Shown here piece by piece: positions 48,243 to 61,284 of a stretch of DNA of 64,000 nucleotides. The stretch lies in contig CAKZXA010000010.1 of NCBI GenBank assembly GCA_937922045.1, forward strand, positions 35,325 through 99,324, given 5' to 3'. The notes beneath the pieces were generated by a model. That model was given only the letters and a program-made list of their open reading frames with translations. It searched no databases and was not told where the DNA came from. The stretch comes from an uncultured Acidimicrobiales bacterium. Lineage in GTDB: Bacteria > Actinomycetota > Acidimicrobiia > Acidimicrobiales > SZUA-35. A program made the position numbers and the translations under genes. Position 1 is the first letter of the stretch. Each line of letters starts with the position of its first letter.

Positions 48243-48349
48243 CCTCAGGAGAGTTGCTCGACGCTGTCGCAGCCTGCGCACCGTCGCCTAGAAATACCTT
48301 TTAGTTCTCGTTAACCCAAGCAAGCGTCCGCCGGGAATCCGGTGGGTAA

Positions 48350-48664
<315 letters not shown>

Positions 48665-48673
48665 GAGCATCGG

Positions 48674-49204
48674 ATGCTTCTCCTACTAGCAGCAGAGGCA
48701 GCGGAGGAGGCCGGCGAAGCCGCCAGCAACCCGATTCTGCCCGACATGAGCGAGATGGTCTGGGGCGTGCTTTCTTTCGCCCTGCTCTATGCCTTGATCA
48801 ACTACGTTCTGTTACCCCCGATCCTGCGGGCTCGCAATGATCGAGCAGCCACAATCCAGGCCGATCGCGATGCAGCTGAAGCTGCTCGTGCCCGGGCCGT
48901 CTCGGCCTCGGCCGAGGTCGACGATCAGTTGTCCGGTGTTCGCGCCGAGGCCGCTGAGCTCGTCGATGAGGCTCGAGCCGAAGCAGAAGCAGAGCGTCAA
49001 CGTCTCGTGGCCCGCGCCGAGCGCGAGGTCAACGCCATGCAAGAGATCGCCGACGGCGAGATCGAGCGTGAGCGTGAAGAGGCGATGGTCTCGCTGCGAC
49101 CGCAGGTTGCCGATCTGGCCGCCGACGCTGCCTCCCGTGTCATGGGCCGCAGCGTTGATGCCAGCGCAGCCGGCCCGGCCATCGACCGCGTCATGAACAG
49201 CTGA
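48674..49204 (+). CDS. atpF: ATP synthase F0 subunit b/b' (first copy)
   Basis: NPILP, single TM, coiled coil. Confidence 0.88.
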   Translation: MLLLLAAEAAEEAGEAASNPILPDMSEMVWGVLSFALLYALINYVLLPPILRARNDRAATIQADRDAAEAARARAVSASAEVDDQLSGVRAEAAELVDEARAEAEAERQRLVARAEREVNAMQEIADGEIEREREEAMVSLRPQVADLAADAASRVMGRSVDASAAGPAIDRVMNS

Positions 49205-49214
49205 GGTAAACAAC

Positions 49215-49775
49215 ATGAACCTAGCTCTACAAACCGCATTCATGGAGACTGCGTTTCTCATCGGCGCAGAGGAGCCAAACAGTTTCTTGCTGGCTGGCGA
49301 CAAGAAAGAGATCTACTGGGGATCGGCCGCTTTCTTCGTGCTGATGGCCCTGGTGGTCTGGAAAGGCCTCGGCCCGATCAAGGCCGCTATGGCCAACCGC
49401 ACCGCTGGCATCGAGGCCGAACTAGCCGAGGCGAAGGCCGATCGTGAAGCCGCCGAGCGTGCGCTGACCGAATCGTCGGCCGACCTGCCCGATCTGGCCC
49501 AAGAGGAAGCTCGCATTCGGCGTGAAGCCGAAGAGACCGCGACCAAGCTCAAGGCCGACCTCATCGCCAAAGCGGAGATCGAAGCCGAGAGCGTTCGTGA
49601 GCGTGGCCAGGCCGAAGTCGCAAATCGCAAGCGTCAGGCTCAGGCCGACCTTTCAGCCAAGATGGCCGAAGCTACTCGCGATGGTGCCGAAGCCGCGGTC
49701 CGTGATGGCCTCGACTCGGGCGCCCAGGTCGATCTGATCGAGAAGTACATCAACGAGGTGGGTCAGCTGTCATGA
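49215..49775 (+). CDS. atpF: ATP synthase F0 subunit b (second copy)
   Basis: Single TM, coiled coil, C-terminal Q.DLIEKYI. Confidence 0.88.
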   Translation: MNLALQTAFMETAFLIGAEEPNSFLLAGDKKEIYWGSAAFFVLMALVVWKGLGPIKAAMANRTAGIEAELAEAKADREAAERALTESSADLPDLAQEEARIRREAEETATKLKADLIAKAEIEAESVRERGQAEVANRKRQAQADLSAKMAEATRDGAEAAVRDGLDSGAQVDLIEKYINEVGQLS

Positions 49776-50296
49776 CGAGTCATATCGCTGGATACGCCCA
49801 AGCCTTTCTCTCGGTAGCCCGAGCCGAAGGCAACGTAGATGTCACCCGCTCGCAGCTGGGCGACGTAAGCCGCGCCATTGCGGGCAACGATGAGCTCAGC
49901 TCCTCGTTAAACAACAATCTGCTTCCTGCCGCCACCCGCATCCAGATCGTCGACGACATCCTCGACGGCAAGGCGAGCGATACGGTTCGCTCTCTTGTCT
50001 CGATGGTTGTTGGTGCCGGTCGCGGGCGAGACCTTGGTGCGATCGTTCAAGCCTTTAGTGATCAGGCAGCGGCCTCATCCGGCAAGCGCGTGGCCACGGT
50101 CCGTACTGCGGTGGCGCTTACCGACGACCAGAAACAACGCTTGGCCCACGCCCTGAAGGCGCAGGCTGGCGGCGAGGTCGAACTCGAAAACATCGTTGAT
50201 CCCGATGTTGTTGGTGGCGCTGTCACCACCATTGGCGACACGATCATTGACGGCTCTGTACGCAGCCGATTGAATCAACTGCGCGACACCTTGTAA
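49772..50296 (+). CDS. atpH: ATP synthase F1 subunit delta
   Basis: YAQA, V.TAV.L, VDPDVVGG...IGD.IIDGSVR. Confidence 0.95.
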   Translation: MTSHIAGYAQAFLSVARAEGNVDVTRSQLGDVSRAIAGNDELSSSLNNNLLPAATRIQIVDDILDGKASDTVRSLVSMVVGAGRGRDLGAIVQAFSDQAAASSGKRVATVRTAVALTDDQKQRLAHALKAQAGGEVELENIVDPDVVGGAVTTIGDTIIDGSVRSRLNQLRDTL

Positions 50297-50362
50297 CCCG
50301 TCGCTCGTTACCCCTGCCCAACAAGAACTCCTAGAACACCTGCCGAGAAGAGAGAACACCAG

Positions 50363-51982
50363 ATGGCACTGTCCTTTGATCCAAGTGAGATCACCAGCGC
50401 GCTGAGGAAGAACCTCGACAGCCTCGACACCGATGTGCACAGCTCAACGGTTGGTCGTGTGGCCGAGGTCGGCGACGGTATCGCCCGTGTGAGCGGCTTG
50501 CCGAACGCTGCGGTTAACGAGATGCTGCGTTTCGCCGATGGCACCATCGGTCTTGCCCTCAACCTCGACGAGGACACGATCGGTGCTGTGGTCTTGGGCG
50601 ACGTCAACGCGATCGCTGAGGGGCAGCCGGTGGAAGCCACCGGTGAGATCCTCTCGGTTCCTGTCGGCGACGGCGTCATCGGACGCGTTGTCAACATGTT
50701 GGGCGAGCCCATCGACGGCAAGGGTCCACTCACCGATGTTGAGCCCCGCCGTATGGAGATTCAGGCCCCGGGTATCACCGGCCGCCAGCCGGTGCATGAG
50801 CCCATGCAGACCGGCATCAAGGCCGTCGACTCGCTGATTCCGATCGGCCGTGGCCAGCGCGAGCTGATCATCGGCGACCGCAAGACGGGCAAGACGACGA
50901 TCGCCATCGACACCATCCTGGCTCAAAAGGGCCTTGGCGTGAAGTGCATCTATGTCGCCATCGGCCAGAAGGGCTCGACGGTCGCTCAGACGGTTGCCCT
51001 GCTGGAAGAGCACGGAGCCATGGACTACACGGTTGCCGTGGTGGCCCCGGCCTCCGACCCTGCTCCGTTCAAGTTCCTCGCTCCTTACTCCGGCTGCGCA
51101 ATCGGGCAGCATTGGATGGAAAACGGCGACCACGCACTCATCGTTTACGATGATCTTTCGAAGCAGGCCGAGGCTTATCGCCAGGTTTCGCTCTTGCTCC
51201 GTCGTCCTCCGGGCCGTGAGGCCTACCCCGGCGACGTCTTCTACCTCCATAGCCGTCTCCTCGAACGAGCGGCCAAGCTCAGCGATGAGCTCGGCGCTGG
51301 CTCGATGACCGCTCTGCCGGTCATCGAGACCAAGGCTGGCGACGGCTCGGCCTACATTCCGACCAACGTGATCTCGATTACCGACGGACAGATCTTCCTC
51401 CAGGACGACATGTTCAAGTCGGGTATTCGTCCCGCCGTCGATGTGGGTATCTCGGTCTCCCGAGTTGGTTCGGCCGCTCAGATCAAGGCCATGAAGAACG
51501 CTGTCGGTACGCTCAAGTCCGATCTGCAGCAGTTCCGTGATCTTGCCGCCTTCGCCGCTTTCGGTTCCGACCTCGACCCTGTATCCCAGGCCCAGCTCGA
51601 TCGGGGCTACCGTCTCACCGAGCTCCTGAAGCAGGGCATCAATGCACCGGTTCCCGTCGAGGAACAGGTCGTTGTGCTCTACGCCGGAACCCGTGGCTAT
51701 CTCGATGGGGTTGAAGTCGTCGATGTCGGTCGCTACGAGTCTGAGTTGCTCGAATGGTTCAATGCACGCCACGGCGACATGTTCGACTCGATTCGCTCAA
51801 ACGGTACGGTCCCTGATGAGGAAGCCCTTGAGGCTGCCATCGCCGCCTTTACCGACCAGTTCCAGGGCACCAAGACCACGGACTCATCACCTGAGGCCGA
51901 GGCTCAAGCCGATGCGACGACCCGAATGGTCGACGCGACGAACACACTGCCCGAAGAAGACGTCTCCCGAGTGGATCAGTAA
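50363..51982 (+). CDS. atpA: ATP synthase F1 subunit alpha
   Basis: [37 protein letters not shown]. Confidence 0.98.
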   Translation: MALSFDPSEITSALRKNLDSLDTDVHSSTVGRVAEVGDGIARVSGLPNAAVNEMLRFADGTIGLALNLDEDTIGAVVLGDVNAIAEGQPVEATGEILSVPVGDGVIGRVVNMLGEPIDGKGPLTDVEPRRMEIQAPGITGRQPVHEPMQTGIKAVDSLIPIGRGQRELIIGDRKTGKTTIAIDTILAQKGLGVKCIYVAIGQKGSTVAQTVALLEEHGAMDYTVAVVAPASDPAPFKFLAPYSGCAIGQHWMENGDHALIVYDDLSKQAEAYRQVSLLLRRPPGREAYPGDVFYLHSRLLERAAKLSDELGAGSMTALPVIETKAGDGSAYIPTNVISITDGQIFLQDDMFKSGIRPAVDVGISVSRVGSAAQIKAMKNAVGTLKSDLQQFRDLAAFAAFGSDLDPVSQAQLDRGYRLTELLKQGINAPVPVEEQVVVLYAGTRGYLDGVEVVDVGRYESELLEWFNARHGDMFDSIRSNGTVPDEEALEAAIAAFTDQFQGTKTTDSSPEAEAQADATTRMVDATNTLPEEDVSRVDQ

Positions 51983-51984
51983 TC

Positions 51985-52025
51985 ATGCGGACCGAAACGT
52001 CGCAACCAGGAAGTGAGAACGCCTA

Positions 52026-52026
<1 letters not shown>
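51985..52026 (+). other. 13-aa bridging mini-ORF between atpA and atpG
   Basis: ATG 2 nt after the atpA TAA; MRTETSQPGSENA*; TAG overlaps the atpG GTG (TAGTG). Confidence 0.35.
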
Positions 52027-54453
<2,427 letters not shown>

Positions 54454-54455
54454 AC

Positions 54456-54530
54456 GTGTCGTCGCCGACGGCTCCGAAACGTTTACCACGAGTTTGCCTT
54501 TGGCAAACATCGGCGATGGGAGACTTCTGA
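54456..54530 (+). other. 24-aa bridging mini-ORF between atpD and atpC, containing a hairpin
   Basis: GTG 2 nt after the atpD TAA; TGA overlaps the atpC ATG (TGATG); GTTTGCC-TTT-GGCAAAC hairpin 54492-54508. Confidence 0.35.
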
Positions 54531-54943
54531 TGGCTATGCAGATCGAGTTTGTTTCACCAGAGGACATCCTCTATTCGGGTGAGGGCACCCAGGTGGTTGC
54601 CCGTACCCGAGGTGGCGGCGAGCTTGCCTTCCTCACGGGCCATGAACCCTTCATCGGGTCGCTTGTACCGTGCGAGGTCAGGGTTACCGAAGCCAGCGGT
54701 GATGTGAAACGATTCGCCGTGCGCGGCGGTTTCGTATCGGTTACCAGGGCGGAGGTCACGGTGCTGTCCGAAGCTGCCATTCCGGCTGGTGACATCGACG
54801 TCTCCCAGGCCCAGGCCGATCTGGCGGCTGCTCAAGCCGCCGAGGTCGAGAATCCCGAAGATCCATACGCTCGGGAAGATCGAGTGTGGGCTGAGCTTCG
54901 GCTTCAAGCGGCCGGCCAGGGCGACGCAAGCGTCGCTCATTAG
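54530..54943 (+). CDS. atpC: ATP synthase F1 subunit epsilon
   Basis: VSPE, GEL..L.GH.P, V.GGF, VTVL.E; GGGAGA SD. Confidence 0.95.
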   Translation: MAMQIEFVSPEDILYSGEGTQVVARTRGGGELAFLTGHEPFIGSLVPCEVRVTEASGDVKRFAVRGGFVSVTRAEVTVLSEAAIPAGDIDVSQAQADLAAAQAAEVENPEDPYAREDRVWAELRLQAAGQGDASVAH

Positions 54944-55066
54944 TCACACGTCGACGGCGGCTTAGTCGCCGAACCAACGACATCAATCGAAAATCGGGGT
55001 CGGTTCCGCGAGCTTCAGAGTTCAGGGCCCGGCCCCGATGTGTTTTGACAGCACCTCGGCACGGCT

Positions 55067-55372
55067 TCAGGTGATGAATCGAAGCCCAGCGGTGACCAGG
55101 GCGGCGGCGGCCACGACAAGGGCGAGCGGCGCTCGTCGCCAGACCAAGAATCCGGCAACGGCTAGGCCAGCGGCCCGCTCGTCGATGACGACTCGGTCTC
55201 CGATCGTGAAGGTCAGTTGCACGATTACACCGGCCACGACTGCGGCTGGTAGTAGATCGGCCAGAACAGCCAGCCTGGAGCGTTGAGCGAGCAGTGGCCC
55301 GGCGAGGAACATGCCGGACAGGCGCTGGGCGGCAACGCCCGCTGACAAGGCGAGTATGATCAGCCAGCTCAT
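55067..55372 (-). CDS. AzlD-domain branched-chain amino acid exporter small subunit
   Basis: Small hydrophobic protein, LLPAAVVA, WRRAP; ATGA-coupled to the AzlC gene. Confidence 0.8.
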   Translation of the reverse strand: MSWLIILALSAGVAAQRLSGMFLAGPLLAQRSRLAVLADLLPAAVVAGVIVQLTFTIGDRVVIDERAAGLAVAGFLVWRRAPLALVVAAAALVTAGLRFIT

Positions 55373-56067
55373 GGTGCATCCTCCGTCGATGTCTTCCTGG
55401 CCAGGAGGAAGGCGGCAGCGGCCCCTAGGGCGCTCAGAAGGATCGGAACGCCGCCAGGGGTGAACGGAATGGCCATCACGCAAATCGCAGCACCGAGCAA
55501 GGCCGCCGTGAGCCCATCTCGACGTCGCAAGAGGGCGCCGATGATGGCTAACAAGGCGGCTGGAAAGACAGCATCGAGGCCGAGAGCAGCGCTGTTCTCG
55601 GTCACGTTGCCGAGCAGGATGCCAACCACGCAGCCCGTCCACCATCCGATCATGAGCGATGCGGTTACTCGCCAGAAAACTCGGCGAACGTTGTCGGGCT
55701 CGGCTTGTTGTATGGCAAGGGCAACGTTGGGGTCGAAACAGTTGACGGCGGCCGCCGCCCGCTCGAGCGGTGGTCCTTCGTAGCGAGAGCCCAGGCTGGA
55801 GGCCAGAATGCCGAACCGTGAGGCTACGAGCCATCCACTCAGCACGCCGACGAGAGCCGAACCGTCGGCGGCCTGCACCGCCAGATAGGCGAGTTGGGTG
55901 GTCGCTGAGTAGATGAGGAGGGCGGCCGTCATTGTGCGGGCCGCGGAGACCCCAGCCTCGACCATGGCCACGCTCACCGTCACACCAACCGCAAAGTAGG
56001 CGAAGGTAAAGGTGGCGTAGTCGCCCGCCCCCGGGACGGGCGTCGTCGGTGTTGCCGCTGTGCTCAA
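55369..56067 (-). CDS. AzlC family exporter permease
   Basis: Multi-TM, LIYSA..Q, LGLDAVFPA..LA; start uncertain. Confidence 0.8.
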   Translation of the reverse strand: MSTAATPTTPVPGAGDYATFTFAYFAVGVTVSVAMVEAGVSAARTMTAALLIYSATTQLAYLAVQAADGSALVGVLSGWLVASRFGILASSLGSRYEGPPLERAAAAVNCFDPNVALAIQQAEPDNVRRVFWRVTASLMIGWWTGCVVGILLGNVTENSAALGLDAVFPAALLAIIGALLRRRDGLTAALLGAAICVMAIPFTPGGVPILLSALGAAAAFLLARKTSTEDAP

Positions 56068-56199
56068 GGTGGGCTCAGGGTACGACAGTGGAGCGGTGTC
56101 GGCAAGGAGCGATGGGTTGTTCGGGTTGCAGCGGTGCCCGGGGGAGCGACCGCTGCCATCGGGTTCGGTGTCGGGCTTCTGGGGCACTAGGTTTGCGGG

Positions 56200-57774
56200 A
56201 TGGATGTACGAACCTTGATGCGACGGTCGGCGCAGTTTCACGCCCACTATCCGGCGATCGTCGAAGCAGGACTGAGCGAGACCCGCCGCCTCACCTACCA
56301 GCAGGCGTGGGAGCGCGGTTTACGCCTGGCCAACGGCTTGCTCGCCCTCGGTTTAGAACCGGGGGACCGCGTTGGCGTGTTGGAGGACAACACGCTCGAA
56401 TCGGTCGACTTCTTCTGTGGCACGGCGGCGGCCAATCTGGTGCGGGTACCGCTCTATCCACGCAACAGCAGCGAAGCTCACGAACATATGCTTTCGCACA
56501 CGGGTTGTCGCGCCGTTGTTGTCTCAGCCTCGCATGCGGCAGCCGTTGCTGGCCTGGTCGACACCGTCGATGGTCTGGACCATGTCCTTGTCCGAGACGA
56601 GAGCTACGAGGACTGGCTGGCGGCCCAACCAGCGACCGACCCCGACCCCGAGGTAGCCGAGGACGACTGGTTCATCATCCGTCACACCGGCGGCACGACC
56701 GGCCTGGCCAAAGGGGTGGGTTACACCCACAAGATGTGGCTCGACGCCGGTCGGGACTGGTTCTACAACTTTCCACCGGTCGAGTTGGGAGATGTGTGCC
56801 AGCACGCCGGACCGATCTCCCATGGCTCGGGCTACCTGTTCACCCCGATGTGGCTTTCGGGCGGGACGAACCTGCTGATTCCCAACTTCGAGCCTGACCA
56901 CGTCATCGAGGTTATGGAACGGGAGCACGTGGCCTACGGTTTCCTCGTGCCAGCCATGCTCAACGCGCTCGTACGCCACGACTCGGCCCGCTCGCGCGAT
57001 TGGTCAGCGCTCAAATGCGTCCAGATCGGGGGCGCCCCAACCGTCGACGACACAGCCCTGCTGGCTCGCGACGTGCTTGGGCCGGTCCTCTATCAGGGCT
57101 ACGGCCAGACCGAAGCGGTGCCTATCACCATGATGGGCCCAGCCGAATGGTTCAGCCAGATCGAAGGATCAAACCCTCTCCGCTCGGCGGGACGGCCACT
57201 TCCCTTCGGAGATCTGGCCATCGTCGATCCTGAGTCGACCGGTGAACGGATCGAGGAGCTGCCGGTTGGGGCTGAGGGCGAGATCGCCATTCGCTGCGAC
57301 GGCCAGATGATGGGGTTTTGGAACAACCCGGAAGCGACCGCCGAACGGATGCGGGATGGCTGGGTTCTCACCGGCGACATCGGCATGCTGGACCAGAACG
57401 GCTATCTCTACGTGCTTGACCGCAAGGACGACATGATCATCTCCGGCGGATTCAATATCTGGCCCGCCGAATTGGAGAATGTCCTGACCGATCATCCAGC
57501 GGTGGCTGAGGCCGCTGTGTTCGGCGTGCCGAGCGAGCGCTGGGGAGAGACCCCTCACGCCGTTGTGTGTCTGAACGTCGGCGTGGATCCGAGCGAGGTC
57601 GACACCGATGAACTCATCGCTCTGTGCGCCGATCGGCTTGGTTCTTACAAGAAACCGTCGATAGTGGAACTAACCACCGAACCGTTACCCAAGTCGCCGG
57701 TAGGCAAACTCGCTCGCAAAGTGCTGCGAGAGCCACACTGGGCGGGTCACGACCGGCGGGTAGCAGGCAACTAG
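56200..57774 (+). CDS. AMP-binding acyl-CoA ligase
   Basis: HTGGTTGLAKG, YGQTE, TGD, DRKDDMIISGG, PKSPVGK. Confidence 0.92.
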   Translation: MDVRTLMRRSAQFHAHYPAIVEAGLSETRRLTYQQAWERGLRLANGLLALGLEPGDRVGVLEDNTLESVDFFCGTAAANLVRVPLYPRNSSEAHEHMLSHTGCRAVVVSASHAAAVAGLVDTVDGLDHVLVRDESYEDWLAAQPATDPDPEVAEDDWFIIRHTGGTTGLAKGVGYTHKMWLDAGRDWFYNFPPVELGDVCQHAGPISHGSGYLFTPMWLSGGTNLLIPNFEPDHVIEVMEREHVAYGFLVPAMLNALVRHDSARSRDWSALKCVQIGGAPTVDDTALLARDVLGPVLYQGYGQTEAVPITMMGPAEWFSQIEGSNPLRSAGRPLPFGDLAIVDPESTGERIEELPVGAEGEIAIRCDGQMMGFWNNPEATAERMRDGWVLTGDIGMLDQNGYLYVLDRKDDMIISGGFNIWPAELENVLTDHPAVAEAAVFGVPSERWGETPHAVVCLNVGVDPSEVDTDELIALCADRLGSYKKPSIVELTTEPLPKSPVGKLARKVLREPHWAGHDRRVAGN

Positions 57775-57870
57775 GAACTAGGATGATGCAGTCGTAAGAG
57801 GCGACATCCCAGCTGCTGACACCACAGCTACTACCACAGTCACTAGGCAGACAGTAAGGACGCTGAACCA

Positions 57871-58848
57871 ATGATCTCTGGATGGGTTTCCCCGGGGCGA
57901 GACTTGGCCCTTGAGCTGGTTCGTACCACAGAGGCCGCGGCTATTGCCGGGGCCCGCTGGCTCGGCCGAGGCGACAAGATCGCCGCTGACCAGGCCGCCG
58001 TCGATGCTATGCGCGCTGTGCTGAGCGATGTGCAGATGGAAGGCACCGTCATCATCGGTGAAGGCGAGAAAGACGAAGCCCCGATGCTCTACAACGGGGA
58101 GGTCGTCGGCAACGGCCAGGCTCCCCACGTCGATGTCGCTGTCGACCCTATCGATGGCACCACCCTCACCGCCACCGGCCGTGACGGGGCCATCGCGGTG
58201 ATCGCGGTAGCCGAACGGGGCACCATGTTCGATCCGGGTCCCGCCGTCTATATGGAAAAGCTTGCCGTCGGCCCAGAGGGTGCAGGCATCGTCGACATTC
58301 GCCTGCCGGTCGACAAGAACCTGCGAGCGTTGGCCAAGGCCAGAGGCAAATCGATTCGCGATCTGAACGCCATGGTTTTGGATCGGCCTCGCCACGCCCA
58401 GCTGATCGCCGACATCCGCACCACCGGCGCCCGAATCACGCTCATCCAAGACGGCGACGTGGCCGGGGCCATCGCAACCGCCTGGCCGGAGTCGGGAGTC
58501 GACATCCTCTTCGGCATCGGTGGCACCCCTGAAGGTGTGATTGCGGCCGCTGCGCTGAAGAGCATGGGTGGCGATCTGCAAGGCAGGCTCTGGCCTCGTA
58601 ACGAGGAGGAGCGCGAGGCGGTTGAGGACGCCGGCTTCGACGTGGACAAGATCATCGGTCTCGACGACCTGATCTCGTCGGACAACTGCTTCTTTGCGGC
58701 CACAGGTATCAGCAGCGGCTCCCTTTTGAAGGGCGTGACCTTCGGAACGTCATCGGTAACAACCCAATCGCTGGTCATGCGCGCTAGCTCTGGAACGGTA
58801 CGGCTCATCGAAGCCTTTCACCGTCCAGAAAAGGTAGCGAAGCTCTAA
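57871..58848 (+). CDS. glpX: Fructose-1,6-bisphosphatase class II
   Basis: LELVRTTEAAA, IGEGEKDEAPML, VDPIDGT, GGTPEGV. Confidence 0.96.
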   Translation: MISGWVSPGRDLALELVRTTEAAAIAGARWLGRGDKIAADQAAVDAMRAVLSDVQMEGTVIIGEGEKDEAPMLYNGEVVGNGQAPHVDVAVDPIDGTTLTATGRDGAIAVIAVAERGTMFDPGPAVYMEKLAVGPEGAGIVDIRLPVDKNLRALAKARGKSIRDLNAMVLDRPRHAQLIADIRTTGARITLIQDGDVAGAIATAWPESGVDILFGIGGTPEGVIAAAALKSMGGDLQGRLWPRNEEEREAVEDAGFDVDKIIGLDDLISSDNCFFAATGISSGSLLKGVTFGTSSVTTQSLVMRASSGTVRLIEAFHRPEKVAKL

Positions 58849-58900
58849 ACCGTCGAAGCCAAATGGCCGCAATGGGTGTCGTGCAGTAAAACGTACGGCT

Positions 58901-60385
58901 ATGACATCGGCGATCACCACGGCCAAGAAAATGCCAAGCGGAACAGTTGCGCGCCTCTTCGCTGCGTCGGCCTCAACCATCGTCGACGATGAAGGCACGA
59001 TTGAGGCTGCCGCTCTTGTGGCCGAAGGCGCCCAGTGGGCGGCTCAATGGCGCGATGCAGGCCTACAGCCCGGTGATCGTGTTGCCCTCTGGCAGGCGAA
59101 CAGTCGAACCTATCTGCGGGCCTTGCTGGCGTGCAGTGTTGGCGGCTACGTTGCTGTCTCGGTCAACACCCGATGGAGCGACCAGGAGGCCACACGCCTC
59201 ATGGAGCGCTCAGGAGCGGCCGCGCTGATTGCCGATCGAGAGGGCACGAGTGGGCTTACCCCTGTCGTCGCTTTCGACCCGGCGGCGGTTGCCGTGGCCG
59301 AAGCGGCATGGGCAGACGCCGAGAGCCCGTTTGTGATCTTCACTACCTCAGGCACCACCGGCGAGCCCAAGATGGTACTGCACCGCCAGCGGTCGATCGC
59401 CGTCCACGGCCCTGAGGCGGCCGACGCTCTTGGCTACAAGCCCGATCAGCAGGTGCTGGTGGCCATGCCGCTTTGCGGAGTGTTCGGTCTTTCCAGCTTC
59501 ACCGCGGCGGTAGCCGGAGGCGCCACGATCCATCTTCCCTCCAAGATCGACCCCGTCGACATGGCGGCCCTTGTCGAACGGGAACAGATCTGGTCGGTGA
59601 ACGCCTCCGACGATTTCTATCATCGCGTCCTCGACACCGAACACGATCTGTCGACGATTGGTTTGGGCGGCTTTGCCCGATTCAACACGAGTCTCGATGG
59701 CATCGTGGAACGGGCTGAGCAGCGAGGGGTTCGACTAGTCGGGCTGTATGGCATGAGCGAAGTTCAGGCCCTCTTCAGCGCCCGCCAGAGTGCCCTGCCG
59801 ATAGCCGAGCGGCAGATGCCAGGAGGAACCGTTGTGAGCCCCGACGGTGGTGCTCGCGTGGTTGACGGCGAGCTCCAGGTTCGCGGCCCGAGCATGTTTG
59901 CCGGCTATCTACACGAAGGGGGCGCCAGCATCGACGAGGCCAAGACAGCGCTCGCCTTCACCGATGACGGCTGGTTCCGAACCGGTGACGCTGCTGTCGA
60001 GCAGGACCCCGTCGGCGATTCCGATACCTTCGTCTTCACCGCGCGCATGGGCGATGTGTTGCGCATCGGCGGTTTTCTTGTCTCTCCCAGCGAGATCGAG
60101 CGGGTCATCCTGGGGCTTGACGGGATCGTCGAAGCTCAGGTGGTGGCCGTCGACCGCCCAACCGGGGCTCGTCCGGTGGCCTTCATCACCGGTTCAAACC
60201 CTCCTGAAGAGTCAGCGGTCATCGCCCACTGTCGGAACGAGTTGGCCACCTTCAAGTGCCCCGTCCGGGTGGTTCACCTTGAGCGCATGCCGATCACGCC
60301 ATCGGCCAACGGCACCAAGATCCAGAAGGTCACGTTGCGCGAGCAGGGAGCGGCCCTCCTCGATGCTGAGAGGTACACCACATGA
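58901..60385 (+). CDS. AMP-binding acyl-CoA synthetase
   Basis: TTSGTTGEPK, YGMSE, WFRTGD, C-terminal lysine motif. Confidence 0.88.
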   Translation: MTSAITTAKKMPSGTVARLFAASASTIVDDEGTIEAAALVAEGAQWAAQWRDAGLQPGDRVALWQANSRTYLRALLACSVGGYVAVSVNTRWSDQEATRLMERSGAAALIADREGTSGLTPVVAFDPAAVAVAEAAWADAESPFVIFTTSGTTGEPKMVLHRQRSIAVHGPEAADALGYKPDQQVLVAMPLCGVFGLSSFTAAVAGGATIHLPSKIDPVDMAALVEREQIWSVNASDDFYHRVLDTEHDLSTIGLGGFARFNTSLDGIVERAEQRGVRLVGLYGMSEVQALFSARQSALPIAERQMPGGTVVSPDGGARVVDGELQVRGPSMFAGYLHEGGASIDEAKTALAFTDDGWFRTGDAAVEQDPVGDSDTFVFTARMGDVLRIGGFLVSPSEIERVILGLDGIVEAQVVAVDRPTGARPVAFITGSNPPEESAVIAHCRNELATFKCPVRVVHLERMPITPSANGTKIQKVTLREQGAALLDAERYTT

Positions 60386-61227
60386 AGTTTGGTTTTGTTC
60401 TCCCCAACAACTGGGGACTCGAAGACCCAGCGTTCGTCATCGATCTCGCGGTCGAAGCCGAAGAACGGGGCTTTGATTCAGTGTGGGTCAATCATCACAT
60501 CGCCAACGTTGGTTACATCGGTGATCGGCTTGGTTCGCGTCCCTACTACGACGCCCTGACCGTGCTCACGTGGGCTGCGGCCCGCACCACCGAGGTGGGT
60601 CTCGGAACATCGGTCTTGGTCGTTCCTTACCTTCATCCGCTGGTGACGGCGAAGGCGCTAGCCACAATCGATCAGCTCAGCGGCGGACGGGTCATCGCCG
60701 GCCTCGGTGTTGGCTCACTTCCGGAGGAGAATGAGGTGCTTGGCCTCGACTACGAGAACCGGGGTGCCTACGCCGACGAGTTCATCGAGGTGATGCGAGC
60801 CGCCTGGTCTGAAGGGTTGTCGTCGCACCACGGCCCGCTCTTCGGCTTCGAGGAAGTGGCCATTGCGCCCAACCCGGCCCAGAATCCGCTGCCGATCTGG
60901 GTCGGCGGTTCCGGCGCCCGCGCCCGAAGCCGCGCCGTGACCTACGGCCAGGGCTGGCACCCTTTGTGCTCGCTCGAAGGGCTGAAACGGCGCATGCCCA
61001 CCCTCGACGATGCCCTTGCCGCCGCCGGTCGTTCCCGCACCAAGTCTGGCCCTGATGGAGGTTTCGTTGTGGCGCCCCGGGTCGATGTGTCAGCACTAGC
61101 GGACACTGCAGCAGTGAACGCTTGGCACGAGGCCGGCGCCGACCAATTGATTGTGATGACGAACACGGCGGACCCCGACGAGATCCGGGCTGGCCTGGCC
61201 CATGCGGCCGGACTGCTAGGCGACTGA
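60382..61227 (+). CDS. LLM-class (probable F420-dependent) oxidoreductase
   Basis: AEERGFDSVWV.HH, AKALATIDQLSGGR, PIWVGG. Confidence 0.9.
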   Translation: MKFGFVLPNNWGLEDPAFVIDLAVEAEERGFDSVWVNHHIANVGYIGDRLGSRPYYDALTVLTWAAARTTEVGLGTSVLVVPYLHPLVTAKALATIDQLSGGRVIAGLGVGSLPEENEVLGLDYENRGAYADEFIEVMRAAWSEGLSSHHGPLFGFEEVAIAPNPAQNPLPIWVGGSGARARSRAVTYGQGWHPLCSLEGLKRRMPTLDDALAAAGRSRTKSGPDGGFVVAPRVDVSALADTAAVNAWHEAGADQLIVMTNTADPDEIRAGLAHAAGLLGD

Positions 61228-61284
61228 GGCAGGGCGGTCAACCGGCGGCAGTCAACCAGGGCTGTTTCGCATAGGCTGACGGTC

